Shown here: positions 45,107 through 53,255 of the stretch, in pieces | Layout of the letters: every line of letters begins with the position of its first letter | Numbering within the stretch: position 1 is the first letter of the stretch | Source: Alphaproteobacteria bacterium | GTDB taxonomy: Bacteria; Pseudomonadota; Alphaproteobacteria; Bin95 | NCBI GenBank assembly: GCA_965205265.1 | Contig: CBDBGH010000003.1 | Coordinates: 4,864,001 to 4,928,000 of the forward strand | Direction of reading: 5' to 3' | DNA length: 64,000 nt | Notes under the pieces: generated by a model | What the model was told of the DNA's origin: nothing | Database searches by the model: none | Seen by the model: the letters and a program-made list of their open reading frames with translations, nothing else | Position numbers and translations under genes: made by a program

Positions 45107-45691
45107 TCAGTCTTCCCCGTGTCTGCGGCCGCCGACCGCGGCGGCAGGATCAAGCCACCGCGGCCCGGCCGTATCCGGTTCCGCGTGTGCGTCCTCGCTC
45201 CGCATTTCCGCCAGCAGCACGCCCGCCAGCACGGTCAGGACCGGCAATCCCAGCCCCACCGGAATGACGAGGATGATCGCCGCCCCCATCTCCATCGCGA
45301 ACAGGAGAGCCAGCTCCGTCGAAACGAGCACCGCAACGAACCCGCAGGCCATACCGGCGCGGGTGGCGATGGCAACCGCCTGGAACCGGCCTTCCCCGAC
45401 GGGAAGCCGCAGGCGACCCGACCGGGCCGCGACCGCCTCGCCCCAGCTCGCGCAAAGCCGCCCGACAAACCGGCTTGCCACAAGCGCGCACAGGATGAGC
45501 GCCACTGCAACACCCGCCTCGATGAGAGGCATGCCCTGCGAGCCCACCGTGTGTTGCGTCCGGCCGAAGGCCTCGTGCAGCGTCTCGTGCACGAGAAGAA
45601 CCAGGAAAACCGCAATCATGCCCCTGACGCCGGAGCGTCCGGCCTGCCCGTAGATGAGGCCCAGATAATCCGCAAAGCTTCTGTATGGCAC
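45107..45691 (-). CDS. Membrane protein (about 4 TM)
   Basis: Hydrophobic segments; downstream of promoter site E. Confidence 0.7.
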   Translation of the reverse strand: MPYRSFADYLGLIYGQAGRSGVRGMIAVFLVLLVHETLHEAFGRTQHTVGSQGMPLIEAGVAVALILCALVASRFVGRLCASWGEAVAARSGRLRLPVGEGRFQAVAIATRAGMACGFVAVLVSTELALLFAMEMGAAIILVIPVGLGLPVLTVLAGVLLAEMRSEDAHAEPDTAGPRWLDPAAAVGGRRHGED

Positions 45692-45744
45692 AGCTTTCCT
45701 CCACTCTCCCCCAGGGAGTCCAGATCCTTGCGTTCAGCCATTGC

Positions 45745-45781
45745 ATTATATGCCAATCCGATTGGTATGGCAATCGGATTA
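45745..45781 (-). promoter_or_regulatory. Sigma70-type promoter with overlapping operator-like site E
   Basis: Minus strand TTGCCA (45773-45768)-N17-TATAAT (45750-45745); CAATCCGATTG-N6-CAATCGGATTA. Confidence 0.85.
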
Positions 45782-45945
45782 TATTCGAAAACCGCCTGTT
45801 GTCCCGCGCCCCCGCCCATCAATTCCGGGTTTCCCCATAAAACTGCTTTCAGGCGCCCGGTCCCCGCTTTACCTCCGTTGTCGGTTCCCCTTACACCAAT
45901 GGTCTCGAACCGCTTCCCCAGCACGGCCACCGGAGGAACCATGTC

Positions 45946-46359
45946 ATGCGCCGCTTCCTGAGCCAGGCCCTCCGGGCCCTTTCCGCCGCCGCCCTCGCCG
46001 TGCCGGCCTGGGCGGCCGCGGCCTTCCTGCTCGCGCTGCCCGCCGGCGCCCAGACCGGCAATATCGGCTCTGTGGCCGAGAACGTGCAGGGCCAGTTCGG
46101 CAGCCTCGCGGACCTTCTCGGGGCGGCCGCCTTCCTCGCCGGGGTCGGCTTCGTCGTGTTCGGCATCTTCAAGTTCTACAACTATTCCAAGAACCCCCAG
46201 GACCCGCAGAACAAGGTCGGCTCCGCCGTCATGCTGGTCGTCGCCGGGGCGATGATGATCGCCGTGCCCACCGTCGCCGGCGTCGGCGTCGTCTCCATCT
46301 TCGGCGAGGACAGCACCAGGGTGCAGATCGAGGGCGAGCAGCTCCGGAGCATCCGGTAA
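45946..46359 (+). CDS. IcmD/DotP-like (type IVB pilin-like) protein, copy 1
   Basis: Signal peptide, then IGSVAENV..FGSL..FLAGVGF..GIFKF..KNPQ and a second TM ending SIFG. Confidence 0.7.
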   Translation: MRRFLSQALRALSAAALAVPAWAAAAFLLALPAGAQTGNIGSVAENVQGQFGSLADLLGAAAFLAGVGFVVFGIFKFYNYSKNPQDPQNKVGSAVMLVVAGAMMIAVPTVAGVGVVSIFGEDSTRVQIEGEQLRSIR

Positions 46360-46401
46360 ACCCCGACACACGGCCTTTCCGACGCACAAGGAGTCCTGCC
46401 C

Positions 46402-46812
46402 ATGATGCATCGCTTCCTGAGCCGGGCCCGCCGGGCCCTTTCCGCCGCCGCCCTCGCCGTGCCGGCCTGGGCGACCGCGGCCTTCCTGCTCGCACTGCCC
46501 GCGGAGGCCGCGGACAATATCGGCACCGTGGCCACCAATGTGAAAGGCCAGTTCGGCAGCCTCGCGGACCTTCTCGGGGCGGCCGCCTTCCTCGCCGGGG
46601 TCGGCTTCGTCGTGTTCGGCATCTTCAAGTTCTACAACTATTCCAAGAACCCCCAGGACCCGCAGAACAAGGTCGGCTCCGCCGTCATGCTGGTCGTCGC
46701 CGGGGCGATGATGATCGCCGTGCCCACCGTCGCCGGCGTCGGCGTCGTCTCCATCTTCGGCGACGACACGCAGAAAGTGGACGCCGAGGGCTCCCTGCGG
46801 ACCATTCAATAG
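46402..46812 (+). CDS. IcmD/DotP-like protein, copy 2
   Basis: 218 bp identical to copy 1. Confidence 0.7.
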   Translation: MMHRFLSRARRALSAAALAVPAWATAAFLLALPAEAADNIGTVATNVKGQFGSLADLLGAAAFLAGVGFVVFGIFKFYNYSKNPQDPQNKVGSAVMLVVAGAMMIAVPTVAGVGVVSIFGDDTQKVDAEGSLRTIQ

Positions 46813-46838
46813 TCGGCGGGCGACCGGAGGAACGGTCC

Positions 46839-47825
46839 TCACGGCGAGGGCGATTCCTCCGGTTCCCCGAAGTTCCGGTCCGGTCTTCCGGCCAGCACCT
46901 CGTCGTAAACCGTCCCGACCACGATCGCCCGGAACAGGGCCCTTCGTTCCACCTGCCCCTTGTCAAGCGCCGCTCCGGTCATCACGGCATCCTCGAACAG
47001 CGCACCGTCCAGAACGGCCTCCTGAAGATTGGCACCCGAGAGATCGGCACTCCTGAAGACCGCGCGGTCCATCCGGGACTCAAAGAAATCCACGCCGGAA
47101 AGATCCGCCCCGGTGAAGTCGGCATGCCTGAGATCGGCCCCCTCTACCGTTGCCCCGGCCAATTGGGCACGGGCGAAAAGACCGAGCGCGATCACGCTGC
47201 CGCTCAGATCCGCCCCGGTCAAATCGCTGTTCGCGAATTTTGCCCGACGCAGTTTCTGCAACGACATGCTGTCGTCCGGGGCGATCCTGTCGATAGCGCC
47301 TTCGATCAGGCGGGCATTGCGCATCCACACGCCACGCATGACCGCTCCGGTGAAGTCGGCCCCGGAGGCCCAGCAATCCGTCAGGACCGCCCCGGTGAGA
47401 TCGGCCCCGTTGAACAGCGCATTGCACAGATTCGTTTCCCGCATGGCGGCACCGACCATGACCGCACGCTCGAACTTCCCGTCGGCCAGATTGGCATCCC
47501 TCATCTGCGCTCCGGTCAGGTTGGCTCCTGTCATCCGGCAATTCAGTCTGGCGTCCGTCAGGTCGGCCCGGATCAGCGTGGCCCCCGAAAAATCGGCGCC
47601 GCTGCAGGATGCCTGCCGGAGCTTCGCCCCGACCATCGCCGCCTCGCGGAACCAGGCGTGATCGAGGCGGGCGGCGCTGAAGTCCGTGCCGCGCAGCAGA
47701 CACCCGGAAAAATCCGCCCCGGTCAAGTCCGCCCCGCGAAAATCCATGCCCGACAGGTCGAGGTCGACGAAACGGCGCTCACCGTTGCGATACCGCCGGG
47801 TAATGTCGTCCCTGGTGATCGGCAT
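46839..47825 (-). CDS. Pentapeptide-repeat protein
   Basis: RRYRNGERRF cap; tail GEPEESPSP. Confidence 0.93.
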   Translation of the reverse strand: MPITRDDITRRYRNGERRFVDLDLSGMDFRGADLTGADFSGCLLRGTDFSAARLDHAWFREAAMVGAKLRQASCSGADFSGATLIRADLTDARLNCRMTGANLTGAQMRDANLADGKFERAVMVGAAMRETNLCNALFNGADLTGAVLTDCWASGADFTGAVMRGVWMRNARLIEGAIDRIAPDDSMSLQKLRRAKFANSDLTGADLSGSVIALGLFARAQLAGATVEGADLRHADFTGADLSGVDFFESRMDRAVFRSADLSGANLQEAVLDGALFEDAVMTGAALDKGQVERRALFRAIVVGTVYDEVLAGRPDRNFGEPEESPSP

Positions 47826-47906
47826 GCCGGATCCTCCCTGCCGTGCCTTCGGGAAGACGGCCATCATCCGCCCTTGACGTGAAAACGCCAACGGCCGCGC
47901 ATCGGT

Positions 47907-48971
47907 TCACCGCGTCATGCGCTCCATCAACACGATGCGGTTCGTGTTCGTGCCCTTGCGGTTGTTGGCGACACCCCAGCAATTGGCGGTCTTGGTGAAG
48001 CGCTGCTCGTTCACCATCACGCCCTCGACGGCGAGCGGCAGGCCCTTGGCGGCCGCCACGACATGGTCCTCCAGCAGCACCTTGCCGCCGCGCACCTCGC
48101 CCACCTCGAAGGCGAGGAAGCCGCCGGGACGGAGGGTGCGCGCGATGTCGCGGAGGCTTGCATGGACGAAGGCCCGCCAGGCGTCCGGGGTCCTGTGGGC
48201 CGCTATCGGGACGGTCTCCATGTCGATGCCGGCGAACCAGCAGCGCAGCCAGTTGTCGGTACGGTAGTCCACCTGGTCGAGGAAGGGCGGAGAGGTGACG
48301 ACCAGATCGACCGAGCCGTCCGGCACGAAGGCGGCATTGTCGGCCGGGGCCGCGCCGAGCAGCGCCGGCGGATGCGGCGGCGGCTGGCCCGTGGAGAGCA
48401 GCGACCGGCTCTTGCGCAGGATGAGCGCGTCCACGTCGCGCGGGGGCGGCGTCTGCCCGCGCTTGGCATTGATGCGGCGTTGGCGGTCGGCCGCGACCGC
48501 CTGGTTGGGCGGCATGGTATAGACCGAGAAGAAGCCGGGGGAATGGCCGGTGAGGCGGTTGAGGCAGACCATACGCAGCCACCCGTCCACCGGGTCGAGC
48601 GCGCCCGACCGCTCCCGCTTGAGGAACCATGCGCGGAGCGCGGCGAGGCGGGCGAGCACCGAGTCGTGGAAGAAGACGCGCAGGTCGGCGAGCAACGGCT
48701 CTTCCGGCAGGGGGGCGGAGGGCGGTATCTCCGCCAGCCGCGCGGCGATTTCGTCGAGGGCAGGCGGCGCGAGGCGCGGGGCGAGCAGCATGACGGAGAG
48801 CGGGTTGATGTCGGAGCCGACCGGGCGGCGGCCCATCAGCGCGGCCTGCAAGGGCGTCGTGCCGCGCCCCATGAAGGGGTCGTAAACCGCGTCGCCCGCG
48901 CGCGTCAGCCGCTCGATGAAGAAAGCCGGCAATTGCGGCTTGAAGCAGGCCCGGTAGCTCACCTCATGCAA
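47907..48971 (-). CDS. DNA amino-methyltransferase (N4-C/N6-A); 5' end uncertain
   Basis: YDPFMGRGTT, VVTSPPF. The frame stays open upstream of the TTG (EFWTARQRQ). Confidence 0.85.
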   Translation of the reverse strand: MHEVSYRACFKPQLPAFFIERLTRAGDAVYDPFMGRGTTPLQAALMGRRPVGSDINPLSVMLLAPRLAPPALDEIAARLAEIPPSAPLPEEPLLADLRVFFHDSVLARLAALRAWFLKRERSGALDPVDGWLRMVCLNRLTGHSPGFFSVYTMPPNQAVAADRQRRINAKRGQTPPPRDVDALILRKSRSLLSTGQPPPHPPALLGAAPADNAAFVPDGSVDLVVTSPPFLDQVDYRTDNWLRCWFAGIDMETVPIAAHRTPDAWRAFVHASLRDIARTLRPGGFLAFEVGEVRGGKVLLEDHVVAAAKGLPLAVEGVMVNEQRFTKTANCWGVANNRKGTNTNRIVLMERMTR

Positions 48972-49109
48972 CCGGCTCGCCTGACGCTGCCGGGCGGTCC
49001 AGAATTCGCCCGCGAAGCGGGGGATTCCGTGCCTGCGGGACTCCGATACGTTCCGCCCATTTTCCCGGGGGATGGGCGATGACGGCAGCCGGAGGCCGGG
49101 CGGACGCCC

Positions 49110-50207
49110 TCACGAGGGGCCCGAAAACCCGGAATCCAGGTTCTCGGCCCCGGGCCCGCTCGACGGATCGTTGAATTGCGTCTCCAGAGCCTGGAGGCGA
49201 TCATTGATCCATTCGAAAGCCGGGGCGTCGCCAGCCATCATGCCCTGCATGCGCCTGTAGTCCCGTTCCATCGCGGAGCGCAGTTCCGGCTGCGGAACCA
49301 GCCGCAGCGAACCGGGCACCGCCTCCTCGATTTTCTTCCATCTCTGCCGGAAGGCCAGCAGGGTGTGCTCCCGGGCCCCCTTCCCCACATCCAGCCGCCC
49401 GGCAGCATCCTTCCCGATATCCGTGCCGGCGATCATCGCGGTATCGTAGTAGTGCCGCGATATGCGCTCGGCCGACGGAATGCGGCCTTCGTCCCTGTAG
49501 CCGCAGTGGAACCCGTGAAGGATGAGCAGCTTTTCCCAGAAAGCCCTTGCCGGATGGATCGTCACGATTCCCCCCACCTCGAGGGGCAGGTCCGGAATAT
49601 CCGCAGCAACGAACGGGTCGATGGCCGTTTCCACAGCCATGTCGAGGCCGCCGCGCGCGCCGCCCTCGATCTTCACCCGCGGCTGCACGTAGAACGGCCT
49701 TCCCTCACCGGCAAGGACACTTCGATAGCCGACCAGAAGGCTCTGCCCGGACTGGTCGGCTTCATCGACATGGATGGCGCTCTCCGCGCCGGCCGCGTCC
49801 AGCGCGGCTCCCAACTCCCGGCGAAGATCAATCTGGATATAGGCGCTGCACGAAGCCCGGAGTTCTTCAAAAAGCCTTGCCCGCTTCGTGTTGGACAGGC
49901 CGCTGTCCGGATTTGTCGGATCCCGGTCACCGGCGAACCCGAGCGCTTCGCGCGAGACGGTAATGTCCACGTCCTCGGAGAAGCGGTCTATGAGGCCGAA
50001 CGACTTGGAAAGGGCGGTGCCTCCCTTGAACAGAAATGCCGGGTGACCCTGCGGCAGGCCGTGATAAAGCGCGTCCAGCGTCATGCAGACCCAGAAATCC
50101 TGCTCGACATAGGCGGGGACGGTTCCGATCCGCTCGGCGGTCTCCGTGAAGAGAAGCCTCCGCTCGGCCTCACCCAAGGCAAGAAACCGGCCGAAAGACG
50201 GATTCAT
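49110..50207 (-). CDS. AbiEii-family nucleotidyltransferase toxin
   Basis: VEQDFWV, FKGGTALSK, RFSEDVDI, FWEKL, SRHYYD. Confidence 0.92.
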   Translation of the reverse strand: MNPSFGRFLALGEAERRLLFTETAERIGTVPAYVEQDFWVCMTLDALYHGLPQGHPAFLFKGGTALSKSFGLIDRFSEDVDITVSREALGFAGDRDPTNPDSGLSNTKRARLFEELRASCSAYIQIDLRRELGAALDAAGAESAIHVDEADQSGQSLLVGYRSVLAGEGRPFYVQPRVKIEGGARGGLDMAVETAIDPFVAADIPDLPLEVGGIVTIHPARAFWEKLLILHGFHCGYRDEGRIPSAERISRHYYDTAMIAGTDIGKDAAGRLDVGKGAREHTLLAFRQRWKKIEEAVPGSLRLVPQPELRSAMERDYRRMQGMMAGDAPAFEWINDRLQALETQFNDPSSGPGAENLDSGFSGPS

Positions 50208-50836
50208 GTTGCCGGCCGCCCCGGGCCCGGGGCCCCGGCAATGCTGTCGACGATGGCGGCCATCCATGCCGGCACCGCGTCCCTGCCCTCGAGCAGGTCG
50301 CGCTTCACGCAATCCGGCAGGTTCCGTCTCAGAATCGCCGCCGTGCGCGGATGCCGCGCTTCTCCCGGGCCGAGCCAGTGCAGGGCCTGTATGACCGGGC
50401 CGCCCGGCCTGCCGTGCCAGTTCATGACGGTCGCGGTCGCGCGCGACAGATGGACGGTCCGCCGCCCGACCCCGATACGCCGGGTGCGGCCGTCCGTGGC
50501 ATAGGCCGCCCTGGCGGGGATGCCTTCGGAAAGACCGAGCCAGTTGGCCGCGGAGCACCCGTCCGGCATGATCCGGATATTGTCGCGGCGCGCGATCGCC
50601 TTGACGGCGGCCCCGAGATCGGGCGGCTCGGAACGGCCCAGAATCGCGCTGTATCGCGGCAGATCGTAAAGACCCCGGCCTACCCGGCGAAGCCGTCCGG
50701 TCCGGACCAGGCGTGCAAGGGCCCGGTCCACGGCCGCCCGACTGCCGAGGTCGAGAAAGTCCTTCGGCGTGCAGACCCACCGGCCCCTGCCGTGACCGCG
50801 CACCCGGCGCATGATCCTGTCTGCCAGCGAACCCAC
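50204..50836 (-). CDS. AbiEi/DUF6088 antitoxin
   Basis: PKDFLDLGSRAAVDRALARL...RRVGRGLY; 4-bp overlap with the toxin gene. Confidence 0.9.
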   Translation of the reverse strand: MGSLADRIMRRVRGHGRGRWVCTPKDFLDLGSRAAVDRALARLVRTGRLRRVGRGLYDLPRYSAILGRSEPPDLGAAVKAIARRDNIRIMPDGCSAANWLGLSEGIPARAAYATDGRTRRIGVGRRTVHLSRATATVMNWHGRPGGPVIQALHWLGPGEARHPRTAAILRRNLPDCVKRDLLEGRDAVPAWMAAIVDSIAGAPGPGRPAT

Positions 50837-50848
50837 CCCCAGGGCCGC

Positions 50849-51732
50849 CTACTCGCGAAGCGCGCGACCGATCCGCTTGGTCAGCCGCCTGCGTGCATTC
50901 TCGCGCTCCTTGCCGGTCAGCATTCCCTGCACCGCGAGCAGGGTAATGGCCTCGGCGAGCCGCTGTTCCGTAGCCACCTTCTCCTCGGCCACGCCCAACT
51001 GCTCGTGAAGCGGCGGGGCAAGCGCTCCGTAAACGACCTCGATCACCGTTTCGTCCATCGGGTAATCCTCCTTGCGGTCCAGGCGCTCACGGGCGCAATA
51101 CGGGATCCAGCGGGTCCTCGTCTCCCACCGCGGCCCCGTCATGTCCTCCTTGCGCCACAGGAACCAGGCGAAGGTCAGCACCGACCCGCCCTTCCTGACC
51201 AGGCGGCCCTCGTCCATCCTCACCCGGGCGGAAAACACCGCGACCTCGGTCGGGGGCGTGCGGGTGAACAGCCTGTTGTAGCGCGTCTTGCCCTCGAGCC
51301 AGGACAGCCGACAGAGCAGCGCCACACCCTTCCGGGCAAGCGGCAGGGCGCGCATGGCGAAGTCCATCGCCTTCGTATAGGGCGGGTTTGTGATGATCCA
51401 GTCGACCGGAACATCGTCCGCCCGTTCCTCCAGGAAGTCGCGGACCGGGAATCCCGCGCCGTAATCGGCGATATCCGTCGCCACGACCGTCCCGAAATGC
51501 TTCTCGAGCACCTTCACCATGTGGCCGCGATTGGCGCCGGCCTCACCCAGACCGTCTGCCGGCGCCGGGCCTCGTCGGGTCCCAGATGTTCCATCAGCGC
51601 CCTGGTGGCCCAGGGCGGCGTCGGATAGTCGTCGAGGGAGTCCTCCGCCTCGATGCGCTTGTGCGCAAGGATGTGCATATTGCTGCGCGGGCTGTAGCGC
51701 GCGACCTGCCCGGCGTTGCGGGCGGCGCTCAT
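50849..51732 (-). pseudogene. Phage-type adenine methyltransferase, frameshifted near 51545
   Basis: DDYPTPPWAT...TVW in one frame; ANRGHM...WIITNPPY in another. Confidence 0.75.
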
Positions 51733-51983
51733 GGCCTGCCCGACATGGCCGAAAGGATCGTCCGCACGCCCTGGCAGAACGCTTCCATGCACACCACGAC
51801 GGCAATGGCGAGCAAACCGCTGATCGTGACCGCCAGGGTCACGTTCCCGGCATCCGTCGCACGCTGCGCCGCGTCTGTGCCGACGATCCAGAACACCGGA
51901 ATGGCGATCATGGCCAGGACCACATCGATGAGCGCGCAAAGGAACGCGAGCAGCCCCATCACGAACGGCCAATTGTTCTTCAC
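51729..51983 (-). CDS. Small 2-TM membrane protein
   Basis: Hydrophobic; ATGA overlap with the next gene. Confidence 0.65.
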   Translation of the reverse strand: MKNNWPFVMGLLAFLCALIDVVLAMIAIPVFWIVGTDAAQRATDAGNVTLAVTISGLLAIAVVVCMEAFCQGVRTILSAMSGRP

Positions 51984-52104
51984 GTCGAATTCCCGCCAGG
52001 TCCAGGGAGAAGAGGCAAGGGGGTCAGGGATGCATTCCGCATCGTTCAGACATGCCCGGCGCCCCGGGCATCGCGCGTGTTCCGTGACCGGCCGGCCCCA
52101 AGCC

Positions 52105-52488
52105 TCAAAGGCTCATGTCCCAGGGCTCCCGGCGGGTGAAAACGATGCCCTGACTTCCACTCTCGATCACGTCGAGCCAGCCCGCGTAATCGAGCGTCGT
52201 GTCCGCGAACACGCTCGCCCTGTTGTCCACCAGCCATTGCGCCAGCTCCTCGGCGGTGGCGAACGCCGGGCTGATCGGCGTGCCCCCGGTTGTGTCCTCA
52301 TACATCATGAGATGCGTCGCGCGGTCGCCGAACGCGGGCATGCAATCAGCCTCGTCGATACGCTCGTCCTCCGGCGTGTCGGCGTCCTGACTCTCGAAAA
52401 ACTCCCGCGGATGAAGCGGAATGAAAACGTCCCGCTCGTCTCTTGGATGCTCCCACTCGGGAGGCACCATCCTCACTTCCCGTCCCAT
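52105..52488 (-). CDS. Hypothetical phage/plasmid-type protein
   Basis: MGREVRMVPPEWEHP...MYEDTTGGTPISPAF; GGAGG RBS. Confidence 0.8.
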   Translation of the reverse strand: MGREVRMVPPEWEHPRDERDVFIPLHPREFFESQDADTPEDERIDEADCMPAFGDRATHLMMYEDTTGGTPISPAFATAEELAQWLVDNRASVFADTTLDYAGWLDVIESGSQGIVFTRREPWDMSL

Positions 52489-52773
52489 TCTACCATCCTC
52501 CGGTTTCCTTGCATGCGGCCGAGCGGGCCGCAGAACCGTCGTGCAACCCCGCCGGCCGGTTCAGGAGGCCCGCCGGAAGGAGCGTGTCCGACGCCGTCAT
52601 CCGCCATGTGCGACACCGACCTCCTGGACACAAACGCGACAGACCGTCTTTCCATCGACGGAAACAGCTTCGCGCATCTCCACCCGAACAGCGCAAAACC
52701 GGCAGGTGACAAACCTGTGGCTTTTCATGGCACGCAACAGCCTGAGCAGTCGCTCATTCCATGCGGTCATCGC

Positions 52774-53001
52774 TCAGATCCCCGGAAACCGGCGGTCGAT
52801 CCAGGCCTCGACCGCTGTGGCCCGGGTCCGGAACTTCCGGTGAAGCACCCATGCCAGCCCCAGCAGCGCGGCCCCGAAGACCGCGGACGCGCCAACGGAC
52901 CCGATCCCCAGAAACAGGCCGGCCAGGTGGAAGACCGGCCACAGGAACGAGGCAAAGAGGATGCCCAGCACAAAGCCGACCGCGATCAGGATCATCTTCA
53001 T
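52774..53001 (-). CDS. Small 2-TM membrane protein
   Basis: MKMILIAVGFVLG...; AGGAG RBS. Confidence 0.65.
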   Translation of the reverse strand: MKMILIAVGFVLGILFASFLWPVFHLAGLFLGIGSVGASAVFGAALLGLAWVLHRKFRTRATAVEAWIDRRFPGI

Positions 53002-53255
53002 GTCCGGCGCTCCTGTCCTGGCGTTCCCTGCGTCCCGGACGACCTGCCGCCCGGAGCGTGGCGCCAAGAATAATCGAGATCCCTGAAAAACGCGCTCCCG
53101 CATGCCACCCTCGAAAGGATGGCCGCCAGGGCCATTGCCGCCATCGCCGCCATCGCGACCCGGGATCCGGCCATGAATGGCAGCGCCCAGCCGATCTGCA
53201 CCGCCACAACTGCAGTGCAGGTTACGGACAGGAATCGGAGATGTTTCTCGAGCAC
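52998..53255 (-). CDS. Small membrane protein
   Basis: Behind promoter site F; ATGA overlap with the next gene. Confidence 0.6.
   Translation of the reverse strand: MLEKHLRFLSVTCTAVVAVQIGWALPFMAGSRVAMAAMAAMALAAILSRVACGSAFFRDLDYSWRHAPGGRSSGTQGTPGQERRT

Noticed and set aside
7586-47825. Calling the pentapeptide genes qnr resistance genes
   Set aside because: The fold is shared, but no Qnr-specific similarity can be shown by eye; function is untested.
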